From the NCBI GenBank assembly GCA_036278915.1, contig DASUKB010000004.1, forward strand, positions 73,441 through 137,440: DNA of 64,000 nucleotides. The letters run 5' to 3'. This document shows positions 54,030-63,262 of the stretch, one piece after another. Position numbers and translations under genes: made by a program. Below the pieces are notes generated by a model, which was given only the letters and a program-made list of their open reading frames with translations, did not search any database and was not told where the DNA came from. Origin of the DNA: Patescibacteria group bacterium. Lineage in GTDB: Bacteria; Patescibacteriota; Doudnabacteria; UBA920; O2-02-FULL-48-8. Positions within the stretch are counted from its first letter, which is position 1, and each line of letters opens with the position of its first letter.

Positions 54030-56564
54030 ATGAATCATTTTTCTTTCATTTTAGAACGTTTATCCTCACGAGCCAAATCGGCGCTGATTGCTTCGCAAAA
54101 ACTTGCGGAGGAATTGCACCACGACCACATTGGCTCCGAGCACCTTCTGTACGGCATCGTCCAGGAGATTTCGTCGTTTGCCGCGGAAATCTTGCTCAAG
54201 AATAAGATTTCGCCGGAAATGGTGCGAGCCGAAATTGTACGCCTCAATCCCAACGGCACCACGGATAAATGGGAACCGAAACTTTCTAACAACCTCCGCG
54301 AAATTATCGAAAAGAGTGCTATCATTGCCAGCAAATACCAATACCAATTTATCGGAACCGAACATTTCCTTTATGGCATCACCGATATGGATTACAATTC
54401 TGCAAAGATGATCCTAGACAGCCTCAAAGTCCCAACCTCCGAATTGAAGAAGAACTTGCTCTCAATCTTTGAGAACGTCTCGCGCTTCCCCGACCTTTTG
54501 AATTCCGATGATCAGGCCATGGCCGACGAAGGCCAAGCAATCCCTGCGCCAAACCGCAATGCCAAAACTCCGGCGCTGGACTACTTCACTTCCGATCTCT
54601 CCAAAAAAGCATTGAAAGGCAAAATTGATCCAGTCATCGGCCGCAAAGCCGAAATCGAACGGCTGATCTCCATACTCAATCGCCGCACCAAAAATAACCC
54701 AGTGCTCATAGGCGAACCGGGCGTGGGCAAAACTGCCATCGTCGAGGGTCTGGCTTTGGCCATCATCAAACACGAAGTCCCCGACTCTCTGCTCGACAAA
54801 AAAATCATTACGCTCGATATGGCCCTAGTCGTGGCCGGATCCATGTTCCGCGGCGAATTTGAACAGCGGCTCAAACAGGTCATAGACGAAGTCCGCGAAA
54901 ACCCGAATATTATCTTGTTCATAGATGAGCTGCACACGATAGTCGGAGCTGGCGCCACCACCGGCTCCCTAGACGCGGCCAACATCCTCAAACCAGCGCT
55001 GGCCCGCGGCGAAATTCGCGTCATAGGTGCCACCACGCTCTCCGAGTACAAAAAGCACATTGAACACGATGCCGCTCTGGAACGCCGCTTCCAGCCAATT
55101 CTCGTGGAGGAGCCCAGCATCGAAGAATCCATCCAAATCCTCTCCGGCGTGCGTCCCAATTACGAAAAGCATCACAACTTGACTATAACCGACGACGCCA
55201 TCAAGGCCGCCGTGGAACTTTCGAGCCGCTACATTACCGATCGTTTCCTGCCGGATAAAGCTTTGGACCTCATAGATGAAACCGCAGCCTACTCCAAAAC
55301 AATCAATACCAAAACGCGCAACATCCGCGTAGTCAAAAAAATTGAGATGGAACTCAAAAGGCTTGAAGAAGAAAAAACCAAAGCCGTGATGCTGCAGGAC
55401 TTTACCACTGCCTTGCACTTGAAATCCCAGGAAGACAAGCTCAAAAAGCAGAAGACCGAGTACCAAAAGTCATTCGTCAAAAAACCGACAAGCTCCGAAA
55501 TCAATTCTGAGGATATTGCGCGCACGGTTTCCAATATCACCAAAATTCCGCTCAACAAACTCGTTAAAACCGAAGCCCGCAAGCTTGTGAATTTGGAAAA
55601 AATCCTACAGAGCCGCATAGTCGGCCAGGACGAAGCCATCAAAACCATTGCCTCCGCCGTCCGCCGCAGCCGAGCCGGTATTACCTCTCCCAAACGGCCT
55701 ATTGCATCATTTATGTTCTTGGGCCCCACTGGCGTAGGCAAAACCGAAACTGCCAAAGCTTTAGCTTCAGAAGTGTTTGAAGACTCATCCGCGCTCATCC
55801 GCGTCGACATGTCGGAATTTATGGAACGGCACAATGTCGCTCGGCTCATAGGCGCGCCAGCGGGATATGTCGGCTACGAAGAAGGCGGCCGGCTCACCGA
55901 AGAAGTCCGCAAAAAACCTTACGGCGTTATCCTCTTTGATGAAATCGAAAAAGCCCACCCCGACGTGTTCAACGTCCTGCTCCAGATTTTGGAAGAAGGT
56001 GAACTCACCGATGCTTCAGGCAAGCACGTCAACTTCCGTAACACTGTCATTATAATGACCTCCAACATCGGCGTGTTTGATTTCAACCGACAGGCCAATG
56101 CCTACGGCTTTTCCCAGGACAGAAGTGCCGACCTGCTCAACGACGCCCGAAGGCAGGCTGAATCCGAATACGAACGAGTCAAAGAAAAAATCCTGGATTC
56201 ACTGAAAACTACTATGCGGCCGGAACTGCTCAACCGCATTGACAAAATCTTGGTCTTCCATCCATTGTCCGTAGACGAAATCCGGAAAATTGTCGCCCTG
56301 GAACTTGCGTACCTTACGGATCGCGTGCGCAAACAGCAAAACATTGACGTCGTTGTGGATCGTGATGTCATCAAATACATTGCCGCCAAATCCTACGACA
56401 GCTCGCAGGGCGCCCGCCTTATTCGCCGCAAAATTCAGGAACTGGTGGAAGATCAACTAGCAGAAAAAATCATCAACGGAGAGGTGGCAGAAAAATCCAT
56501 GGTCCGCGTAAGCCTGGAAGGCGACACTATTCAAATTAAGCAGGTGGAGAAAGCGCTCGTCTAA
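54030..56564 (+). CDS. clpC: AAA+ chaperone ClpC/ClpB family (two NBDs, Clp_N repeats, short M-domain)
   Basis: Clp N-domain repeats, NBD1 Walker A (GEPGVGKTAIVEGLA), NBD2 Walker A (GPTGVGKTETAKALA), and sensor motifs. Length 844 aa. Confidence 0.85.
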   Translation: MNHFSFILERLSSRAKSALIASQKLAEELHHDHIGSEHLLYGIVQEISSFAAEILLKNKISPEMVRAEIVRLNPNGTTDKWEPKLSNNLREIIEKSAIIASKYQYQFIGTEHFLYGITDMDYNSAKMILDSLKVPTSELKKNLLSIFENVSRFPDLLNSDDQAMADEGQAIPAPNRNAKTPALDYFTSDLSKKALKGKIDPVIGRKAEIERLISILNRRTKNNPVLIGEPGVGKTAIVEGLALAIIKHEVPDSLLDKKIITLDMALVVAGSMFRGEFEQRLKQVIDEVRENPNIILFIDELHTIVGAGATTGSLDAANILKPALARGEIRVIGATTLSEYKKHIEHDAALERRFQPILVEEPSIEESIQILSGVRPNYEKHHNLTITDDAIKAAVELSSRYITDRFLPDKALDLIDETAAYSKTINTKTRNIRVVKKIEMELKRLEEEKTKAVMLQDFTTALHLKSQEDKLKKQKTEYQKSFVKKPTSSEINSEDIARTVSNITKIPLNKLVKTEARKLVNLEKILQSRIVGQDEAIKTIASAVRRSRAGITSPKRPIASFMFLGPTGVGKTETAKALASEVFEDSSALIRVDMSEFMERHNVARLIGAPAGYVGYEEGGRLTEEVRKKPYGVILFDEIEKAHPDVFNVLLQILEEGELTDASGKHVNFRNTVIIMTSNIGVFDFNRQANAYGFSQDRSADLLNDARRQAESEYERVKEKILDSLKTTMRPELLNRIDKILVFHPLSVDEIRKIVALELAYLTDRVRKQQNIDVVVDRDVIKYIAAKSYDSSQGARLIRRKIQELVEDQLAEKIINGEVAEKSMVRVSLEGDTIQIKQVEKALV

Positions 56565-56568
56565 ACAA

Positions 56569-57276
56569 ATGGCGTGGCTTACCAACATAAAAACACTAGG
56601 TCTGTCTGCACTAGACCTAGTGTTTCCCATATCTTGCGTCGTGTGCGGTCGCGAAGGCGCGCACATTTGTGAGTCTTGTCTAATCCGCTTGCCGCGTATT
56701 CCTCAGCAGCTCTGCGTCGTGTGTAAAAAAAGCGCGGCGTTCGGCAAGACGCATCCGGACTGCCACACCTGCCACACCGTGGATGGTTTAATTTCCGCCA
56801 TATCCTACACTGACACAAACGCAAAAAAATTGATTGGCGTGTTCAAATATGAATTTATTCACGATTTGGCAGAGCCTTTGGCAAAACTTATAACGGAGAC
56901 GGTTGCCAATTTGCAATTAGGAAATTATTTTTCCAACTTTGCAATTATACCCGTGCCACTTCACCGGCGCCGATACAACTGGCGCGGTTTCAACCAATCT
57001 GAACTCTTGGCGTATGCTTTGGGCGTTGCCCTCAACATACCAGTGGATAAAAACCTAGTCAGTCGGTCCAAAAAGACCAAGCCGCAAACAACACTTAATA
57101 AAGAAGACCGAATCGCAAACATCTCCGCAGCGTTTACCTTAAACGCTGCGGTGCCTGGCAAATACTTGCTGGTGGATGACGTGGTTACAACGGGCGCCAC
57201 GCTCAATGAAATTGCCAAACTTCTGAAAAAAAATGGCGCCCAGGAGGTCTGGGCCGCCACAATCGCTCATGGGTAA
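56569..57276 (+). CDS. comFC: competence protein ComFC (phosphoribosyltransferase-like)
   Basis: N-terminal double Cys zinc ribbon (CVVCGR...CESC...CVVCKK...HPDCHTCH) and a C-terminal PRTase motif LLVDDVVTTGATL. Confidence 0.8.
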   Translation: MAWLTNIKTLGLSALDLVFPISCVVCGREGAHICESCLIRLPRIPQQLCVVCKKSAAFGKTHPDCHTCHTVDGLISAISYTDTNAKKLIGVFKYEFIHDLAEPLAKLITETVANLQLGNYFSNFAIIPVPLHRRRYNWRGFNQSELLAYALGVALNIPVDKNLVSRSKKTKPQTTLNKEDRIANISAAFTLNAAVPGKYLLVDDVVTTGATLNEIAKLLKKNGAQEVWAATIAHG

Positions 57277-57408
57277 ATCAAATTGTTTTAAAAACACTTC
57301 TCAGAAGCGTTTTAAATACACAGAGTCCTGTAAGCGGTTCCGTGCGCTAGAAACACCTGTCCCGCGGTTAGTTCTTTTAATTGGACAAGCCGCTGTCTAG
57401 CGTTCTGT

Positions 57409-57500
57409 TGGCGGAGGGTACAGGATTCGAACCTGTGCGGCGCTTTTTAGACGCCCGTGGATTAGCAATCCACTGCCTTAAGCCGCTCGGCCAACCCTCC
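57409..57500 (-). tRNA. tRNA-Ser (anticodon GCU)
   Basis: GGAGGGTTGGCCGAGCGGCTTAAGGCAGTGGATTGCTAATCCAC...long variable arm...ACAGGTTCGAATCCTGTACCCTCCGCCA. Confidence 0.85.
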
Positions 57501-57689
57501 ACCAACAAAACACTATTTATGATTCTAAAAGCTTACCTACATTAAACCGCCCAACGAATCTTCCTGACCACAAAACATAGTTAATTCTAACCAATTTCAA
57601 GAGAATTAGTCAATTTAAATTCCAAATGATATCATTTGGGTAACTTTCCTTGACTTTGTAACAAAAATTAGCCGTAATCGTCTGTATTT

Positions 57690-58232
57690 ATGACTGATGA
57701 AGAGTTAAAATCTATTCTGGAAGCTTGCCAAAAAGGCGACAAAAGCGCATTTGGCCGCATCTACGACTCGTACTCGGTACGGCTGTATCGTTTCATCTAT
57801 ATGCGCGTCGGCCACAAGGAAGTAGCCGAAGACATACTTGCCGAAAGCTTCATTAAGGCCTGGACTAAAATCTCGCAGGTCAACTCTTCCAAAGCCTTTT
57901 CCGCCTGGATTTTCCAGATTGCGAAAAACAACATTATTGACTACTACCGCGTACGCAAATCCACCATTGCCATTGAGGAAGTGGAGCAGGTCCTGGAGGA
58001 CGCGGCAGACCCTATTGATCAGACGGAACTTGATCTGGACCAAAGGCGCATCCTTAAAGCATTGGAGTTTCTGCCGCACGATCACCAACAGGTCATCCGC
58101 TACAAATTTTTTGAAGATCTGACCAATCCCGAAATCGCGCTGATTATGAATAAAACCGAAGGCGCAATCCGCGTGATTCAGCACCGTGCAATCCAAAAAC
58201 TCCAAGAAATCCTTCGTCAAAAACGAATATAA
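57690..58232 (+). CDS. ECF-type RNA polymerase sigma factor
   Basis: Sigma-70 region 2 (FGRIYDSYSVRLYRFIYMRV...AEDILAESFIKAW) and region 4 (DLTNPEIALIMNKTEGAIRVIQHRAIQKL). Confidence 0.8.
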   Translation: MTDEELKSILEACQKGDKSAFGRIYDSYSVRLYRFIYMRVGHKEVAEDILAESFIKAWTKISQVNSSKAFSAWIFQIAKNNIIDYYRVRKSTIAIEEVEQVLEDAADPIDQTELDLDQRRILKALEFLPHDHQQVIRYKFFEDLTNPEIALIMNKTEGAIRVIQHRAIQKLQEILRQKRI

Positions 58233-58268
58233 ATATAATCCAATCTATTAACTATCACCTACTATCTT

Positions 58269-59438
58269 ATGATTATGGACCCAGAAAAAATTATAGACGA
58301 AATTTCAAACCGGCTTTCACGCGGCCGCGATATTTCGTTTTGGCAAAATGATCCCAAGCTTGCGCCCATAGTCAGTATTTTGTCCAAACTTTCCGGCATG
58401 CCCAAAACCAAAATCCCGCAAGCTGAATTTGCCCGCGTTAGATCTCAAATAGCCACACGGATTAATTCCCCTTCCGAATCCAAGCTACGCAGAGGATTTT
58501 GGTCCAGGTTCCCTGCGTACGCCAAGTTTACCACAGCGATTGTGGGTAGCGTGCTCATAGTGATAAGCCTTGGCATTGGTACGGCCGTGGCAGCCATGCA
58601 GAGTGTGCCGGGCCAAACAATTTATCCGCTCAAAAAAATAGTGGAAAATGTCCAGCTCAAACTCACCCGAGATCCGGCTGCGCGCGCCAATTTACAAATC
58701 AAGTTTGCCAATAACCGCCTCGATGAGCTATCCACCGTGCTGGCACAAAATCAAGCCGGAGTCATACCCGACGACCGCACTCAAGCAATCGTTTCGCAGA
58801 CTATCTCCGACTTGCAAAAATCCACTGCCGCTGCACTGAATTCCTCAAACGCCGCGCCGTCTGCCTCAAGCGGCCAGGTCACCGCGCTCAACAAACTTGT
58901 AGATCTGTCCAATAAACAAACCGAAGTTCTGACTCCTCTGCTTTCGGCCGCAAGCATAGCCGACGACGGCCAGGTTAAAATTGTTGTACAGCAGGCTCTG
59001 CAGACTTCTCAAATCTCCAAAGAGGAAGCCATCAAAAATATGGAAAACGCCGGCCTGAAGGTCGATGATAATTCAGTAACTATAGACGAAGCACCAGCCA
59101 ATCAAACCAATGCCAACGGTACCATTACCGCACTCACCGACAACTCCGTCAGCATCGGCACCGCGACATTTTTGCTGACAGATGACACAAAATATGTTAA
59201 TATAAAGCGAACGGATTTAAAGCAAGGATTGGCTATTTCAATCACCGGCGAAGTCCAGGCAGACCAAAAAACTTACGCGCTTACAATTACAGCCGTATCC
59301 GCAGACACAAGCTCTGATTCAAATAACGAGGCCAAAGACTCTTCCGGAAGCGATACAGACAAATCAACTTCAAACGACACCAACAAAGACCAGCCCAAAG
59401 ACACACAAAGCACGGACAGCCACACAGACCAACAGTAA
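58269..59438 (+). CDS. candidate anti-sigma factor / membrane protein with extracytoplasmic domain
   Basis: Immediately downstream of the ECF sigma gene. It has a cytoplasmic N-segment, one TM helix (FTTAIVGSVLIVISLGIGTAV), and an about 280-aa extracellular domain ending in an acidic S/T/D-rich tail. Confidence 0.45.
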   Translation: MIMDPEKIIDEISNRLSRGRDISFWQNDPKLAPIVSILSKLSGMPKTKIPQAEFARVRSQIATRINSPSESKLRRGFWSRFPAYAKFTTAIVGSVLIVISLGIGTAVAAMQSVPGQTIYPLKKIVENVQLKLTRDPAARANLQIKFANNRLDELSTVLAQNQAGVIPDDRTQAIVSQTISDLQKSTAAALNSSNAAPSASSGQVTALNKLVDLSNKQTEVLTPLLSAASIADDGQVKIVVQQALQTSQISKEEAIKNMENAGLKVDDNSVTIDEAPANQTNANGTITALTDNSVSIGTATFLLTDDTKYVNIKRTDLKQGLAISITGEVQADQKTYALTITAVSADTSSDSNNEAKDSSGSDTDKSTSNDTNKDQPKDTQSTDSHTDQQ

Positions 59439-59600
59439 GCTTACAAAATTTGTTAATTAGATCTGCTCCAAAACCGGAGCGCTAATTAAAGCCTAAATTG
59501 ATAATCATTTCCGTAATACCCGGAAATGGAGGCTAAACAATCATATGCAGAAAAGACCGCAAAGCCAAACAGGTTGCGGCCTTTTCTTTTGGTTCATCTA

Positions 59601-59650
59601 CAAATTAGAACTCCTCTCTCCCGTTTGGGGAGAGGGACTGGGGGTGAGGG
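59601..59650 (+). repeat. repeat family 2, copy E3
   Basis: TTAGAACTCCTCTCTCCCGTTTGGGGAGAGGGACTGGGGGTGAGGGTGG is nearly identical to E1 (9467-9513). It sits between a terminator (59555-59592) and tRNA-Ser. Confidence 0.75.
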
Positions 59651-59706
59651 TGGTATTTTATTATGAAAAATGCTAGAATGTCTGTAAGAAAAGGTGGTAA
59701 AACCCC

Positions 59707-59796
59707 GGAGAGGTGCGTGAGTGGTTGAAACGGACAGTCTTGAAAACTGTTGAGGATGCAAGTCCTCCGTGGGTTCGAATCCCACCCTCTCCGCCA
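59707..59796 (+). tRNA. tRNA-Ser (anticodon UGA)
   Basis: GGAGAGGTGCGTGAGTGGTTGAAACGGACAGTCTTGAAAACTGTTGAGGATGCAAGTCCTCCGTGGGTTCGAATCCCACCCTCTCCGCCA. Confidence 0.85.
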
Positions 59797-59812
59797 AAGT
59801 CAAACCAAAAGT

Positions 59813-60277
59813 ATGGAAAATATAAATCTGTCATGGACAGCGCTGGAATTCCAGGAACGTGAAAAAAATAACTGGTGGTACGCGGCATTCTTTATTATTT
59901 CCGCGGCTCTCATCGGGTACTCAGTTTACCTACACGAAACACTGACCGTGATTACTTTTTCCGTGCTGGCTGTAGCCGTATTTATATTTTCTCACCAGCG
60001 GCCACGCCAAATCCAATACTCCCTCACCCCGGTCGGAGTCAATATGGGCAGAACGCAAATGCCTTTCCGCAACATTAAAAAATTCTGGATTATTTACACG
60101 GACCAGAACAAGACTGTAAATTTTGAGACAACAAGCTATCTCAACAGCGTCTTGACTCTGGAATTAGGACGCCAGGATCCGCTGCCTGTGAAAATATTCC
60201 TCAAATCCTACCTGCCTGAAGACTTACAAAAAGAAGAGTCATTTACCGAAGTAATCTCCCGGAAGATTAAATTTTAG
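59813..60277 (+). CDS. hypothetical membrane protein
   Basis: Start MENINLS (ATG 59813), because the provided ORF 59750 overlaps the tRNA. Two TM helices, then a soluble domain. Confidence 0.5.
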   Translation: MENINLSWTALEFQEREKNNWWYAAFFIISAALIGYSVYLHETLTVITFSVLAVAVFIFSHQRPRQIQYSLTPVGVNMGRTQMPFRNIKKFWIIYTDQNKTVNFETTSYLNSVLTLELGRQDPLPVKIFLKSYLPEDLQKEESFTEVISRKIKF

Positions 60278-60398
60278 TTTTTAACAAAATCAAATTCATC
60301 TAAGATTCCGCAATAGAATTTGATTTTGAGAGGAGGCACCTGTGGACCGTAGCGTCCCGCATTGCGGGCCGTGAAGTGTCCACCAGCGCCGACGACGC

Positions 60399-60474
60399 GC
60401 GCTCGTAGCTCAGTGGATAGAGCGTTGGTTTGCGGAACCAAAGGTCGGAGGTTCGATCCCTCCCGGGCGCACCA
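60399..60474 (+). tRNA. tRNA-Arg (anticodon GCG)
   Basis: GCGCTCGTAGCTCAGTGGATAGAGCGTTGGTTTGCGGAACCAAAGGTCGGAGGTTCGATCCCTCCCGGGCGCACCA. Anticodon loop UUGCGGA. Confidence 0.75.
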
Positions 60475-60584
60475 GAGTATATCATAAGCTTATAATAATG
60501 AATCCCTCAGCGCTCGGCGGAAGCGAAGGCGGACTACAAAAAATTTAATAAGCGGCCAAGGCCGCTTTTTGTTATACTTAACCT

Positions 60585-62624
60585 ATGTTTGAACTTCACA
60601 CTCCAGTTGAAAATTTATACCTGGTCGGCCCGGCCCGCGCCAAACTTCTCAAACACCTCGGAATCAAAACCCTGTCCGATCTGCTGTTCTATTTCCCGCG
60701 GGCACACCACGACCTGTCCAAATTCACCGCGATTGCGGATCTATCTTTTGGCGAATTTGCTAATATCAAAGCCCGCGTTTTAGAAATTAAATCTTTCCGC
60801 ACTCGCGTTCGGCATATTACTCTCACCCAAGCGGTGGTTGAAGACGATACTGGCAGCATCTCCTGCATGTGGTTTAACCAGCCGTATCTCACCCGAGCCA
60901 TACGGGCGCACGAAACGCTAATTTTCTCCGGTAAAGTTGTGCGCAACAAAAATCGCCTTCAACTGCAAAACCCGGTATACGAACAGGAAAAAAGTGAACA
61001 AATCCACACTTCGCGCCTGGTGCCGATTTACGGCCTGACCGCCAGCCTCACCCAAAAAATTCTGCGGTCAATTATCAAAACATATCTGGACAAAACCACA
61101 ATTCCGGAATATCTGCCGACAGAAATTTTGCGCGCAGAAAAATTGCTGGACGAAGACTTGGCTGTCAAAACCTTCCATTTCCCGTCCGACTGGGGCGCGC
61201 TTAAATCCGCCGGTTCGCGCCTGGCGTTTGATGAAATTTTTCTGACCCAAATTCGCGTACTCAAATACAAACGCGCGCGCATGGACGAGCGCGTCCACAA
61301 AATCAGACCCAATGAGAAATTACAAAAAAAAATAAACGGCCTGCCATTCCAACTCACCTCGTCTCAGGCAACAGCACTCAAAGAAGTCCTTTCGGATTTC
61401 CAGAAACCCTACCCTGCCAACAGATTGCTTGAAGGCGATGTCGGATCGGGCAAAACCATAATCGCGGCTCTGGCTATGTTTCTCTGCTCCACAAACGGCC
61501 TCCAGGTAGGATTGCTCTGCCCAACAGAAGTCCTAGCCAATCAACATTATCTGACTTTCCTCAAATTATTTTTAAATGACGGCGTAAATATCGCCCTGCT
61601 CACTGGAAGTCAAACATTGCTAAATGGCAACCCGGTTTCGCGCCAGACGGTCTTGTCGCAAATCCGCAACGGCACGGTGAATATGGTTTTGGGCACACAC
61701 GCCCTGCTTGAAACATCTGTGAATTTCAAAAATCTATCACTTTTGGTAATAGACGAGCAACACCGGTTTGGCGTGCGCCAACGCGGCAAACTCAAAGAGC
61801 TCAACAACACTCATCTTTTGAGTATGAGTGCTACGCCAATCCCAAGGACACTTGCATTGACCCTTTATGGAGATTTGGATATTTCGCGCCTGACCCAGCT
61901 GCCAACAGGCAGGCTGCCAATTACAACAGAACTTGTTAACCCCGACCACCGACCTGCTACATATAACTTTATCCGGCGCGAAATCCAAAACGGCCAACAG
62001 GCATTTGTCATCTGCCCGCTCATCGAAGAATCGGACAAACTCGGGGTCAAATCCGCCACCGCCGAGTTTAAAAAATTATCTGAAGAAATTTTTCCAGACC
62101 TCAAAATCGGTCTTCTCCATGGCCGGCTCAAGTCCTCCGACAAAGAAAAAATTATGCAGCAGTTTCAAGACAACCACATTCAAATTTTGGTTTCAACGTC
62201 CGTGGTCGAAGTCGGTATAGATGTACCCAATGCCACGGTGATGATTATAGAAGGCGCAGAACGGTTTGGGCTGGCGCAGCTGCATCAGTTTCGCGGCCGC
62301 GTCGGACGAAGCGTCTACCAATCTTACTGCTTTTTATTTTCTGATGATCCAAATGCGGGCATAAACCAGAGGCTTTTGGCTGTAGTCCGGTCAAATAACG
62401 GCTTTGAATTGGCGGAAGAAGACCTCAAAATCCGGGGTGCCGGCAACCTCTACGGCACGGAGCAATCTGGCTACAGTTTCAAAATTGCAACGCTGGCCAA
62501 CTTGGATATGGTTGAACGGTCAAAACAATATGCCGAACAATTGCTCGCGGAAGATTCCGAACTCTCAAAATTCCCGCCGTTGCATGAAAAAGTCCTGGAA
62601 CAAGAGAGCATTCATCTGGAATAG
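60585..62624 (+). CDS. recG: ATP-dependent DNA helicase RecG
   Basis: Wedge domain, helicase motif I (GDVGSGKTIIAALAM), DEAH-like motif II (VIDEQHRFG), and motif VI (QLHQFRGRVGRS). An extended -10 TGTTATACT ends 6 nt before the ATG, so the transcript looks leaderless. Confidence 0.9.
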   Translation: MFELHTPVENLYLVGPARAKLLKHLGIKTLSDLLFYFPRAHHDLSKFTAIADLSFGEFANIKARVLEIKSFRTRVRHITLTQAVVEDDTGSISCMWFNQPYLTRAIRAHETLIFSGKVVRNKNRLQLQNPVYEQEKSEQIHTSRLVPIYGLTASLTQKILRSIIKTYLDKTTIPEYLPTEILRAEKLLDEDLAVKTFHFPSDWGALKSAGSRLAFDEIFLTQIRVLKYKRARMDERVHKIRPNEKLQKKINGLPFQLTSSQATALKEVLSDFQKPYPANRLLEGDVGSGKTIIAALAMFLCSTNGLQVGLLCPTEVLANQHYLTFLKLFLNDGVNIALLTGSQTLLNGNPVSRQTVLSQIRNGTVNMVLGTHALLETSVNFKNLSLLVIDEQHRFGVRQRGKLKELNNTHLLSMSATPIPRTLALTLYGDLDISRLTQLPTGRLPITTELVNPDHRPATYNFIRREIQNGQQAFVICPLIEESDKLGVKSATAEFKKLSEEIFPDLKIGLLHGRLKSSDKEKIMQQFQDNHIQILVSTSVVEVGIDVPNATVMIIEGAERFGLAQLHQFRGRVGRSVYQSYCFLFSDDPNAGINQRLLAVVRSNNGFELAEEDLKIRGAGNLYGTEQSGYSFKIATLANLDMVERSKQYAEQLLAEDSELSKFPPLHEKVLEQESIHLE

Positions 62625-62662
62625 CCCGCGCACTTGACTTGGCGCAAAACTTGTATTAAAAT

Positions 62663-63034
62663 TTGATTTGTGCAAATCACAAGGAGGTATTTGCAAGAAA
62701 TGAGAGCAAAAGGGAAAACCAAACGCCACGTTACCGTCGGAGGAGTCTTATGCATCCCAGAGTCGCCCGTCCACTCCCTCGTCCCATTGACGCTGTGATC
62801 GTCGGCAACATCGACTGTATCTCAAGCGCCAGAGTCCGAACCGGACAAAAAGTCGAGATCATTCAGGTCTACGAGGATACGCTCGCCTACGAAGTGAAAG
62901 CCAATGGCGAACTGTTCCGGCTCGGGACAAAATTCGTCCAGCCATTGGACGAGAACGACAAGGACGTGCTGGAGGGGATGCGCCTGGAGTTCAAAGCGCA
63001 ACTCGAAAGACTCAACGAGACAACTAGCATCTGA
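62663..63034 (+). CDS. hypothetical protein (start uncertain; possibly MHPRVARPLP at 62749)
   Basis: GC-rich ORF (about 55%) with no family recognised. It is followed by a GC-rich structured noncoding segment. Confidence 0.35.
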   Translation: MICANHKEVFARNESKRENQTPRYRRRSLMHPRVARPLPRPIDAVIVGNIDCISSARVRTGQKVEIIQVYEDTLAYEVKANGELFRLGTKFVQPLDENDKDVLEGMRLEFKAQLERLNETTSI

Positions 63035-63218
63035 AACTCTAGGTGACTACCCGGGGCACAGTCGCAAGACTGAAGTGGGTTAGTTTCCCAGAAGCTCAGA
63101 TACTACAAGTGGTAATCCCGCGCAGCAGACCTGCCCGCTCACTTGGCTTGCTAGCAAAGGATTCCAGAGGGCCGTGCAGTCGCTTCCCAGCTGACTGCAC
63201 GGCCTGCTCCTCTTTACG

Positions 63219-63251
63219 AAAAGCCGACCCGGCAACCGGATCGGTTTTTTT
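63219..63251. terminator. bidirectional terminator
   Basis: aaaagccgacccggcaaccggatcggttttttttt. Confidence 0.55.
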
Positions 63252-63262
63252 TTATTTTCACA

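Noticed and set aside
60481-60545. Additional member of hairpin repeat family 1 (contains GAAGCGAAGG)
   Set aside because: Only a short shared word. The termini TGTCATCC/GAATGACA and the palindromic arms are missing.
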